From: Candidatus Sumerlaeia bacterium
GTDB lineage: Bacteria > Sumerlaeota > Sumerlaeia > SLMS01
DNA length: 23,325 bases
NCBI GenBank assembly: GCA_038208905.1
Contig: JBBQYG010000053.1
Coordinates: 1-23,325, forward strand
Direction of reading: 5' to 3'
This document shows positions 1-8,004 of this stretch, one piece after another. Under the pieces are notes generated by a model. The model was not told the DNA's origin. It did no database searches and worked only from the letters and a program-made list of their open reading frames with translations. Numbering within the stretch: position 1 is the stretch's first letter; each line of letters opens with the position of its first letter. A program made the translations under genes and the position numbers.

Positions 1-2
1 GC

Positions 3-173
3 CTGGAAATCGAGGACGACGTCGCATGGGGCCAGCACTTCGACAACCTGAGGAAGAACTACCACCAGCGGCGGGAGTTCGCGAATTACACGGTGGCGCT
101 CCGACAGGAGGACCCGCTCCTGCGATCGCAGCTGACGGCGCTGGGGTTCGTGGTGGAGCCGAGCCCGCCCTGA
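3..173 (+). CDS. pdxB: 3' end of 4-phosphoerythronate dehydrogenase (partial, runs off the left edge)
   Basis: Frame 3 translates LEIEDDVAWGQHFDNLRKNYHQRREFANYTVALRQEDPLLRSQLTALGFVVEPSPP* (TGA 171-173). FDxLRKNY..RRE..LGF matches the PdxB C-terminal dimerisation domain (E. coli FDKLRKNYLERREW...LGF). Not in the ORF track because it has no start codon in the window. Confidence 0.8.
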   Translation: MEIEDDVAWGQHFDNLRKNYHQRREFANYTVALRQEDPLLRSQLTALGFVVEPSPP

Positions 174-565
174 CGATCGTTTTCTACGATGGGGAATGCG
201 GCTTCTGCGACCGATTCGTTCGATTCGCGGCGGTTCGCGATCCCGGCGATGTCCTGAGATTCACGACACGCAACGGCGAGACGTTCCGCGCGTCGGTCCC
301 CACCGGACAACGCGACCAACTCCCCGACTCCGTTCTCGTGCTCACGCCGGATGGCCGCCTCCTCTCCCGCTCGACGGCGGTGCTCCACGTGCTCAAGCTC
401 ATGAATGCGCCGTGGCCGCTGGCCGCCATGATCATGGGGGTCTTTCCTGCCTTCGTTCGCGATGCGGTTTACGGAGTGATCGCCCGCATCCGCCGCAGAC
501 TTTTTGCACCCCCCGATTCGTGCGCGCTCCCGCCGGTCGCGGTCAGAAGCCGCCTGCTTCCCTAG
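170..565 (+). CDS. DCC1-like / DUF393 (YuxK-type) thiol-disulfide oxidoreductase; start uncertain (CTG170 or ATG26)
   Basis: IVFYDGECGFC (DxxCxxC), PDSVLV, RSTAVL, RDAVYGVIARIR and a C-terminal Cys are typical of DUF393. Family-like sequence begins at about 170. ATG26 would overlap pdxB by 148 nt. Confidence 0.85.
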   Translation: MTIVFYDGECGFCDRFVRFAAVRDPGDVLRFTTRNGETFRASVPTGQRDQLPDSVLVLTPDGRLLSRSTAVLHVLKLMNAPWPLAAMIMGVFPAFVRDAVYGVIARIRRRLFAPPDSCALPPVAVRSRLLP

Positions 566-715
566 GCTCCGCCAATCCCCAGTCGGACTCTTCCGGTTTC
601 CCCGCCTTTGCGCTCAGGGATTCCCCGTGGGTGCGAATTGTTCTTCCGCATGTGGATTGACAGCCTTGTTCCTTTGACGAGAGCCTTTATGCACCCCGAC
701 TCAAAGGACCCCACA

Positions 716-2539
716 ATGTCTCGTTCACCCATCGCCTTTCTCGCCGCCGTCGCCGTTGCGCTGACACTCTGTGCAGAGTCGCGCGCCGACACGGGAAGTG
801 GAATTGTCCAGCGCGGCACGTTGTCTGCCCCACCCAACGACGTTTGCCAGAATGCGACCGTCATCAGTGCCTCCACGCTGCCGGTCTCGGTCAATGGCGA
901 CACAACGGGCGCGTCGGACGAAGGGCTGGACAACTCCGAAACCGCGGCGCTTGCCGATGGCCCCGGTGGGCGCGATGTTTTCTATTCGTTCACCCCCACG
1001 GTGACACGACTCTACAAGATCAGCGTCGATCCCGGGCTTGATCTTGGAATCGGCATCTTCCTGCCCGGCTGCATCTTCTCAACCGAGATTGCCGCGGCGG
1101 ACGACACAGAGTTCGACGGCGAGGAACTGGGACTCATTCTGAACGCGGGAACGACCTACACCATCCTTGTGGAGGGATTCGGCCCCTCGATCGCGGGGCC
1201 CTTCACCCTTCGGATCGCGGTGCCGACGGCGCCCTCCAACGACGCTTGCCGCAACGCGACCATCATCACCAGCCTGCCTTTCCAGACCGTCGGAGACGTG
1301 ATCGCCGCGATGGACGAAGGCGTTGACAATTCCGCCACGGTGATCCGCACGGGCGCGGGCGCGACCGATGTGTTCTACCGCTTCACGCCAGAGACCTCCG
1401 GAACCTTCAAGATCGAGTTGGACTCGCTTTTCGACATGGGATTGGGAGTCTTCACGGGCTCCTGCGACTCCCTCGCGGAAATCGCCGCCGAGGACGCGGC
1501 ACCATGGAATGAGACCCTCTTCACGCCACTGACGGCGGGGACCGCGTACACCATCGTGGCCGAGGGCACACGCAGTTACGAATCGGGAAGAATCTTCCTT
1601 AATGTCTCGCGCATTGATCGGCCGGAAAACGATCTCTGCGCCAATGCAACCGTCATCGCCGGCCTACCCTTCGCCGACACCGTCGATACCGTCGCCGCGT
1701 CCGACGAGGGGCTCGACAATTCAAGATCCGTCGCCCAGGGAGGCGGTGGTGGATCAGACGTCTTCTATCGATTCACCCCGGCGATCAGCGGGCTCCACCA
1801 AATCGAATCCATCTCGCGCTTCGATTCCGCGCTGGCCCTCTATACGGGAAACTGCGGATCCCTCACCGAGACCGCGGCGCAGGATGAAACGGGAGAGGGC
1901 GAGAACATCTTTGCCAATCTCTCCGCGGGGACCACCTACACGATCATGGCGGAGGGCTTCGCCCGCGACTTCTTCGGCTCGATCACCCTCAACGTCACCG
2001 GCCCAACCTCCACCCCAACGCCCACGCTCACGCCAACGCCCGTCGGAACGCCCTGCGCCACGGGCTGCTCGCCCGGAGAGGTGGTTGGCAACCTGAACAC
2101 GACCTACTGGACGTCCGTTGTCCTGCCCGACTTCTTCACGGCGCCGACGCTGACGTTCGCTTCGCCGGGACTCCGCCTCGCCGCGCCCGCGCCATCCGCG
2201 CGGGGATCGTTTGGCTTCTTCGAAACCAAGGGCACGATTCAGATTCCAGAAACGGGGACCTACAAGTTCACGTTCAACCTGGAGGCCTCCTCGCCCATCA
2301 CCCCCGGCAACCGCCACCCCGAGTGCCGCATCCGCATCTTCTCCACCGACGGATTGTACCAGCGCTTCGTCTCCACTGCGGCGTCGGGCGCGATCCCGCT
2401 GAGGACGTCGCTCCCGATCTATGTGGAGGCGGTGGCCGGCAGCGAACTCAAGATCGCCATCGACCTGCTTGGCTTTGGGTCCGACGTCGAGGGCGCCTTC
2501 ACCATCACGTCGATCACGTCGCAGAAGGTGCTGGATTAG
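716..2539 (+). CDS. Secreted/surface protein (607 aa): signal peptide, three ~130-aa beta-rich (PPC-like) repeats, Pro/Thr linker, ~160-aa C-terminal domain
   Basis: AAAGGA RBS before ATG716. N-terminus MSRSPIAFLAAVAVALTLCAESRA looks like a Sec signal peptide. Repeats start PPNDVCQNA, PSNDACRNA and PENDLCANA. Linker PTSTPTPTLTPTPVGTP. Confidence 0.8.
   Translation: MSRSPIAFLAAVAVALTLCAESRADTGSGIVQRGTLSAPPNDVCQNATVISASTLPVSVNGDTTGASDEGLDNSETAALADGPGGRDVFYSFTPTVTRLYKISVDPGLDLGIGIFLPGCIFSTEIAAADDTEFDGEELGLILNAGTTYTILVEGFGPSIAGPFTLRIAVPTAPSNDACRNATIITSLPFQTVGDVIAAMDEGVDNSATVIRTGAGATDVFYRFTPETSGTFKIELDSLFDMGLGVFTGSCDSLAEIAAEDAAPWNETLFTPLTAGTAYTIVAEGTRSYESGRIFLNVSRIDRPENDLCANATVIAGLPFADTVDTVAASDEGLDNSRSVAQGGGGGSDVFYRFTPAISGLHQIESISRFDSALALYTGNCGSLTETAAQDETGEGENIFANLSAGTTYTIMAEGFARDFFGSITLNVTGPTSTPTPTLTPTPVGTPCATGCSPGEVVGNLNTTYWTSVVLPDFFTAPTLTFASPGLRLAAPAPSARGSFGFFETKGTIQIPETGTYKFTFNLEASSPITPGNRHPECRIRIFSTDGLYQRFVSTAASGAIPLRTSLPIYVEAVAGSELKIAIDLLGFGSDVEGAFTITSITSQKVLD
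830..2002 (+). repeat. Three tandem intragenic domain repeats starting at 830, 1232 and 1622 (134 and 130 codons apart)
   Basis: Shared motifs NDxCxNATxI, DEG(L/V)DNS, DVFYxFTP, GxC and L.AGTxYTIxxEG in all three units. Confidence 0.9.
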
Positions 2540-2577
2540 TGGATTTTCCGGGTTGCTGAATCCGCCGCGACTCGACG

Positions 2578-2646
2578 GACAGGATCGACAAAATTGACCG
2601 GATGGACGTGCGGCAAGTCCATCAGGTCAATCTCGTAAATCTTGTC
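2578..2646. repeat. Imperfect inverted repeat (30-nt arms, 9-nt loop) built from 9-nt units, between convergent genes
   Basis: Left arm GACAGGATC GACAAAATT GACCGGATG GAC (2578-2607). Right arm 2617-2646 reverse-complements to GACAAGATT TACGAGATT GACCTGATG GAC. 24/30 match. Confidence 0.8.
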
Positions 2647-2679
2647 AATTGGGCGGAAAACATCAAACTGCTCCAAACG

Positions 2680-3153
2680 CTAATCCCCCGCCTTCCGCCC
2701 GCGAAAGCGGCGGCCCACCTCGCGCAGCAGTTCAACCTGCGAATCCGATTCGATGCTGCCGGGGCGGCGGCGGCGGACTTCGCGGATGGCGGATTCCGGC
2801 GTGTGGCCCTGGGAGATCAGATACGCGGCCAGGAACGTCCCCGTGCGGCCATAGCCCGCAAAGCAATGCACCAGCACCGCGCCGCCCTCGCCACGCACCT
2901 CGTTCACCAGTTCGATGAATTCCTGCACTTGGTCCATCGTGGGGGCATGGAAATCCGAGACGGGAAGGTGCAGGTAGCGCAGCCCCGATTCCTCCACCAT
3001 CGCGCGGAGAAGTGGCTCCTCGGTCAGCGTCACCAGGGCAGTGATGCCCTCCTCGCGGGCCTGGGCCAGATCGTTCATCACGGAGCCCGCCGCGCCGGGC
3101 ATGGCGCAACCGGCCAGTGATTTTTCGACGAGGAAGGAAAAGTTTCTAAGCAT
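2680..3153 (-). CDS. Dual-specificity / cysteine-based protein phosphatase (157 aa)
   Basis: Catalytic HCFAGYGRT (HCX5R) P-loop, general-acid loop PVSDFHAP, and the RRRRPGSIESDSQ tail. The family-like N-terminus MLRNFSFL..LAGCAMP starts at ATG 3153. Confidence 0.9.
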   Translation of the reverse strand: MLRNFSFLVEKSLAGCAMPGAAGSVMNDLAQAREEGITALVTLTEEPLLRAMVEESGLRYLHLPVSDFHAPTMDQVQEFIELVNEVRGEGGAVLVHCFAGYGRTGTFLAAYLISQGHTPESAIREVRRRRPGSIESDSQVELLREVGRRFRGRKAGD

Positions 3154-3301
3154 CCCGCAACGCTCCGCACACTCGGTTTCAGACCGCAGGGAACCGGACT
3201 TCCCCCGGCGCGTCAACCCCGGGCGGGGGCTTTCGACTTGCGGGGGCGCCGCGTCGCGCCGCAAATGGGGCAATTGCACCCCACGTGGACAACTCAACCG
3301 G

Positions 3302-4894
3302 ATGTCGGGAATCAGCGGCGAATTCAAGAAGGACGACAGCGGACGGAAGTCCATCCCGGCGCGGATACGCGCGCTCCACGGGCGCATCGTGGAGCCCGAG
3401 CTCGAGGACCTTCCCATGGGGCGGCGCATTCCAACGGCGCTCTATCGGTTCTGGATACTGCTGATCGACAACATCACCCGCACGGAGCTGTCCCGCCGCG
3501 CCGCCGCGCTTACCTATACCACGATCCTCTCCCTGTTTCCCCTGCTGGCGATCATCAGCTTCACCGCCACCTTCTTCTATACCAGCGAGAAGGAATCGGA
3601 ATACATGGGATGGATCCAGCAGCGCATCCTCCCCTCGATGGAGACCGAGCAGGTCAGCTTCCCGATGACCAAGACCGAGATGGAATTGGTCGCGCAGCAA
3701 CAGAAGTTCGCCGACACGGTCGGCTCGATCTTCACCACGGTCTCCACCAAGTTCCGCAACAGCGCCGCGGGCGCCGGAATCTTCGGATTCATCGGCCTGC
3801 TGATCACCTGCGGGCTGTTGTTTCACTCGATCGAGCAGACAGTGAACCTCACGTGGCGCGCCACCGATGGGTGGCGATGGCAGCAGACCCTCACCAACTT
3901 CATGTTCGTGATTGTCTTCGCGCCGATGATCATCGCGCTCACCGTGACCGGGTCGGGCATCGCGATGATGTTGCTGGACAAGGATTTGGACGCGCCCGTG
4001 GAGAAGATCGCCCAGATGGCGGTGGCGGCGGCTGAAGACCAGCCCGATTCGGAGCCGCAGGTGGAGGTCGCCGACTCGCCCACCACCATTACTTCGTCCG
4101 CCGATACGCCGTCGCCCTCGGTTTCGCCGCTCATTCGCAAGGTGAGATCCGTCACCACGGCGTTTGGCTTTATCATCCCGGTCATCCCGCTGCTGATCAA
4201 CGCCATCGTGCTGGCCATCGCCTACAGCTTCCTGCCGCGGGCGCGGGTGTCGGTCCCCGCCGCGCTAGTGGGCGGGCTGGTGGCGTCGGCCCTGTGGGAG
4301 GGCGCCCGCACGGTCTTCTTCTCGTATATCTATCTATCCATGGTCAACCGCACCCTGACCGATGTACTCGGCGTGACGGTTGTGTTCCTCATCTGGATAT
4401 ACATGACTTGGATGATCCTGCTCCTCGGCAACCTGATTGTCTATGCGGTCCAGAACTTCGCATCCCTGTGGGCCGAGCGGCGCACCGGCGACCAGACGAT
4501 GATGGATTCCCGCCTGCTGGTGGCGGTGATGACGCTGCTGGGGGCAAAGTTCGATTCCACCGGCGGCGGCCTCACGGAGCTCGACATCCGCACTCGCCTC
4601 GGCGTGGCCCGCGACTCGTTCGCGCGGATCGTGCGGTGCCTCCGCGACCGCGGGATGGTCTCGGTGACGGAGACGGGCGAGTACCAGATTTCCCGCTCTC
4701 CCGAGAACATCCGCCTGCGCGACCTGATCAGCCTGGGGACGGATCTCGACGCGCTGCCGATCTCCCGCCGCGCGCCGGGGCGCATCTCCGCCATGCTCCA
4801 CGAGTTTCAGGAGCACACCCTGGAGGCCGCCGCCGACGCCACGCTGGGCGACCTGATCCACGGCAACTGGCCAGCCCGCAACAAGGCCGAGTAG
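3302..4894 (+). CDS. YihY/BrkB (UPF0761)-family inner membrane protein with C-terminal Rrf2-like winged-helix domain
   Basis: AAALTYTTILSLFPLL, IEQTVNLTW, YSFLP, ALVGGLVASALWE and FLIWIYMTWMILLLG are YihY hallmarks. The tail LTELDIRTRLGV...IVRCLRDRGMV...GEYQISRSPENIRLRDL is HTH-like. Start at ATG3302 chosen because the upstream extension overlaps the divergent phosphatase. Confidence 0.85.
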   Translation: MSGISGEFKKDDSGRKSIPARIRALHGRIVEPELEDLPMGRRIPTALYRFWILLIDNITRTELSRRAAALTYTTILSLFPLLAIISFTATFFYTSEKESEYMGWIQQRILPSMETEQVSFPMTKTEMELVAQQQKFADTVGSIFTTVSTKFRNSAAGAGIFGFIGLLITCGLLFHSIEQTVNLTWRATDGWRWQQTLTNFMFVIVFAPMIIALTVTGSGIAMMLLDKDLDAPVEKIAQMAVAAAEDQPDSEPQVEVADSPTTITSSADTPSPSVSPLIRKVRSVTTAFGFIIPVIPLLINAIVLAIAYSFLPRARVSVPAALVGGLVASALWEGARTVFFSYIYLSMVNRTLTDVLGVTVVFLIWIYMTWMILLLGNLIVYAVQNFASLWAERRTGDQTMMDSRLLVAVMTLLGAKFDSTGGGLTELDIRTRLGVARDSFARIVRCLRDRGMVSVTETGEYQISRSPENIRLRDLISLGTDLDALPISRRAPGRISAMLHEFQEHTLEAAADATLGDLIHGNWPARNKAE

Positions 4895-4996
4895 CCGGTC
4901 TTCCCCTTGCGGCGCGGGGCCCCCCGCGTCATGCACTGGCGCCCGCGCGGGCGCGCCGCGCGAAACATTCCAGAGTGCAGGAAAGGCCCCATCGCC

Positions 4997-7543
4997 ATGT
5001 CGGAGCACGTTTACGATCCCGTTGTGGTAGAGCGCAAATGGCAGGCGTGGTGGGATACCCACCGCACCAACGCCGTCGATCTCGCCGCGGCACGGAATCC
5101 CTTCTACGTGCTGATGATGTTCCCCTACCCCAGCGCGGAGGGACTCCACGTCGGCAACGTGTATGCCTTCACCGGCGCCGACGTGTATGGCCGCCACCGG
5201 CGCCTGCGCGGGTACGATGTGTTCCAGCCCATCGGCTTCGACGCCTTTGGCATCCACAGCGAAAACTTCGCGATGAAGATCAACCGCCACCCGGCGGAAC
5301 TGATCCCCGCCAACGTCGCCAACTTCACCAACCAGCTCCGCATGATGGGCCTCATGTTCGACTGGGAGCGCACCGTCGATACCACGTCGCCGGAATACTA
5401 CAAGTGGACCCAGTGGGTTTTCCTCCAGCTCTATAAGGCGGGCCTCGCCTATCGCGACGAGAAGGAGGTCAACTTCTGCCCCGACTGCGGCACGGTAATC
5501 TCCGACGAGCAGGTCAACACCGACGGCACCTGCGAGCGCCACGGCGGCACGATGGTCCAGCGCAGGCGGATGCCGTGCTGGTTCTTCCGCATCACGGAAT
5601 TCGCCGAGCGCCTCTCCAACAATCACGAGTGGATCGACTGGTCGGAGAAGACCAAGCTGGCCCAGCTCAACTGGATCGGCCGCAGCGAAGGCGCCGAGGT
5701 CGATTTCCAGGTCCAGGGCCGCCCCGAAAAAATCCGCGTCTATACAACCCGCCCGGACACGCTCTTTGGCGCCACCTACATGGTGCTGGCCCCGGATCAT
5801 CCCCTGGTGGACGCGATCGCGTCGCCTGAGAAGCAGGACGAGATCTCCGCCTACCGTCGTGGCGCGGGCGTCTCGCCCGCGGAGGGTGTTCCCAAGGAAA
5901 AAACCGGCGTCCCCACCGGCGCCTTTGCCATCAATCCTCTCACGGGGAATCCGATCCCTGTCTATATCGCCGACTACGTCCTGATGGGCTATGGCACCGG
6001 CGCAATCATGGCGGTGCCGAGTGGGGACCATCGCGATTTCGAGTTCGCGGCGAAGTATGGCCTGCCGGTGATTCCCATCATCGATCCCGAGATCGAAAAG
6101 GGAAAGGCCGAGGACACGACCGGAATCGCAGACGCGGCGGAGCTGATGAAAACGCCCGACGGTCGCTCCATCGTGCGTCAGGCGATTCTGGATGGCCGCG
6201 CGTGCTGGTCCGGCGACGGCAGGGCGATCAATTCCGCCAACGCGGAGCTGGACCTGAACGGCAAGCCGGTTGCCGAGGCCAAGCGCCTCGCGACGGAGTG
6301 GCTCGCGGCGAAGGGCCTCGGCGAGTTCAAGACGACGTTCCGCCTCCGCGACTGGGGCATCAGCCGCCAGCGCTATTGGGGTCCGCCGATTCCCATCGTC
6401 TATGACGAGCAGGGAAACCCCCACGCGGTGCCGGAGGACCAACTGCCGGTGTTGCTGCCGGAGACGAAGGACTTCCGCCCCAAGGGCGACGGACGCGGCC
6501 CCCTCGCCGCGATTCCCGAATGGGTGAACACCACGCTCCCCGATGGGCGGCCCGGTCGGCGCGAGACCGACGTGATGGACAACTTCCTCGATTCCGCGTG
6601 GTACTACCTGCGCTACGTTTCGACCGGCGACGACAAGCAGGCCTACGATCCCGATCTCATCGCGAAGTGGCTCCCCGTGGACATCTACATCGGCGGAAAC
6701 GAGCACGCGGTGCTGCACCTGCTGTACACGCGCTTCATCTGCATGGCGCTGGAGAAGGCGGGCGCGCTGAAGATGGGTCCCCGCGCCGACGCCCGCGACA
6801 CGGCGGAGCCCTTCACCAAGTTCCGCGCCCACGGCCTCCTGATCAAGGAGGGCTCCAAGATGTCCAAGTCCAAGGGCAACGTGGTGAACCCCGATATCTA
6901 CGTGGAGAAGTGGGGCGCCGACACAGTGCGTCTATACCTCATGTTCCTCGGGCCATACCAGCAGGGCGGCGACTTCCGCGACGACGACATCGTGGGAATG
7001 CGGCGCTTCCTGAATCGCCTGCACGCGTGGTACTTCGACGGCGGCCAGCCAATCGTCGCCGACGGCGAGCTGGCGAAGGAGCTGCGCGTGAAGACGCACC
7101 AGACCATCAAGAAGGTGCGCGACGATATCGACTCGCTGAGCTACAACACGGCGATCTCCGCCGTGATGGAATTGCACAACGCGGCCAAGGCTGCCCCCGC
7201 GACGAGCGAGTTCATCCGCGAGGCGGTCATCGCCTGCATCGCGCCCTTCGCGCCGCACTTCGCGGAGGAGGTCTGGCAGGTCGCGCTGCGCAAGCCCGGC
7301 AGCTTCTGGGCCACGGCGCGCTATCCCGAGTTCGACGAGAGCATGACCAAGCTCGACGAGGTCGAGATCGTCGTGCAGATCAACGGCAAGGTGCGCGAGA
7401 AGCTGCTGGTCCCGCGTACCGCCGACGCGGCGACGCTGGAGAAGTTGGCGCTGGCGAGCGAGAAGATTCAGAAGGAACTCGATGGCCGCGCCCCCAAGAA
7501 GGTGATCGCCGTGCCGGGTCGCCTTGTGAATCTGATCGTTTGA
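4997..7543 (+). CDS. leuS: Leucyl-tRNA synthetase (848 aa)
   Basis: MFPYPSAEGLHVGN (HIGH-like), GFDAFG, YTTRPDTLFGATY and GTGAIMAVP (CP1 editing domain), RLRDWGISRQRYWGPPIP, KMSKSKGN, VQINGKVR. GGAAAGG RBS before ATG4997. Confidence 0.98.
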   Translation: MSEHVYDPVVVERKWQAWWDTHRTNAVDLAAARNPFYVLMMFPYPSAEGLHVGNVYAFTGADVYGRHRRLRGYDVFQPIGFDAFGIHSENFAMKINRHPAELIPANVANFTNQLRMMGLMFDWERTVDTTSPEYYKWTQWVFLQLYKAGLAYRDEKEVNFCPDCGTVISDEQVNTDGTCERHGGTMVQRRRMPCWFFRITEFAERLSNNHEWIDWSEKTKLAQLNWIGRSEGAEVDFQVQGRPEKIRVYTTRPDTLFGATYMVLAPDHPLVDAIASPEKQDEISAYRRGAGVSPAEGVPKEKTGVPTGAFAINPLTGNPIPVYIADYVLMGYGTGAIMAVPSGDHRDFEFAAKYGLPVIPIIDPEIEKGKAEDTTGIADAAELMKTPDGRSIVRQAILDGRACWSGDGRAINSANAELDLNGKPVAEAKRLATEWLAAKGLGEFKTTFRLRDWGISRQRYWGPPIPIVYDEQGNPHAVPEDQLPVLLPETKDFRPKGDGRGPLAAIPEWVNTTLPDGRPGRRETDVMDNFLDSAWYYLRYVSTGDDKQAYDPDLIAKWLPVDIYIGGNEHAVLHLLYTRFICMALEKAGALKMGPRADARDTAEPFTKFRAHGLLIKEGSKMSKSKGNVVNPDIYVEKWGADTVRLYLMFLGPYQQGGDFRDDDIVGMRRFLNRLHAWYFDGGQPIVADGELAKELRVKTHQTIKKVRDDIDSLSYNTAISAVMELHNAAKAAPATSEFIREAVIACIAPFAPHFAEEVWQVALRKPGSFWATARYPEFDESMTKLDEVEIVVQINGKVREKLLVPRTADAATLEKLALASEKIQKELDGRAPKKVIAVPGRLVNLIV

Positions 7544-8004
7544 TGCGCTGGCCCGCCGGCGTCTCCCCCTGGTGGCCGCCCAAGGTTCTACTGAGCCTGG
7601 GCATGATCGCATGGGTGGCGGTTTCCTCGGCGGGCATCGCGGGTCTCCGGCCAGTGGTGCCGCCTCCGCTGGTGGCGGGCCTTGTGCTGCTGGTTGCGGG
7701 GGCGGGAATTCACCTGTGGCACTATGCAATTCTCAAGCGCGCGGCGGGGGGGCTCGGCATGCCGAGCCAGCTCGTGACGCGCGGCGGATTCTTTCCGCGC
7801 GTGCGGCATCCGATGTACTTGGGCGATGCGGTGATGACGCTGGGCGCGGTGCTGGCCGTGATGGACGTGGCCGCGATCGCCGCCTGGTTCGCATTTGCCG
7901 CGATCACCATCGCGCTCGCCCGCGACGAGGACCGCATGATGGAGGCGAGCTTTGGCGACGACTTCCGCGCGTGGAAGGCGCGGTCGCGATTACTCGGCCC
8001 GTGA
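7543..8004 (+). CDS. Isoprenylcysteine carboxyl methyltransferase / PEMT-like membrane methyltransferase (153 aa)
   Basis: LVTRGGFFPRVRHPMYLG and EDRMMEASFGDDFRAWK motifs, plus several hydrophobic helices. ATG7543 overlaps the leuS stop (TGATG). Confidence 0.8.
   Translation: MRWPAGVSPWWPPKVLLSLGMIAWVAVSSAGIAGLRPVVPPPLVAGLVLLVAGAGIHLWHYAILKRAAGGLGMPSQLVTRGGFFPRVRHPMYLGDAVMTLGAVLAVMDVAAIAAWFAFAAITIALARDEDRMMEASFGDDFRAWKARSRLLGP

Noticed and set aside
657..690. TTGACA upstream of the secreted-protein gene as a sigma70 promoter
   Set aside because: No acceptable -10 hexamer at 16-18 nt spacing.
608..715. N-terminal extensions given by the ORF track (also 3041, 3429, 4907, 10032, 15084, 21224, 21562)
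   Set aside because: Downstream starts have RBS motifs and/or coincide with the start of family similarity. Several extensions overlap divergent genes or promoters.
2602..3120. 172-aa plus-strand ORF beginning MDVRQVHQVNLVNLVN
   Set aside because: The periodic start is just translation of the 9-nt repeat arm; the rest is antisense to the phosphatase.
4939..4954. Perfect 16-bp palindrome GCGCCCGCGCGGGCGC and a possible T-box leader before leuS
   Set aside because: All-GC palindromes are weak evidence in this GC-rich DNA. The 102-nt gap is too short for a T-box and lacks the AGGGTGGNACCGCG motif.
4334..6832. 832-aa minus-strand ORF (also 1754-2317, 10233-11798, 12274-13131, 13490-15415, 15126-16991, 17005-17766, 18399-20393, 21590-22423, 22330-23112)
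   Set aside because: Antisense shadows of well-supported plus-strand genes. High GC3 codon bias suppresses stops on the opposite strand, and the translations have no recognisable motifs.
6520..7542. Apparent 494-aa ORF 6520-8004
   Set aside because: The first ~340 codons are an Arg/Gly-rich off-frame read of leuS. Only 7543-8004 is protein-like.
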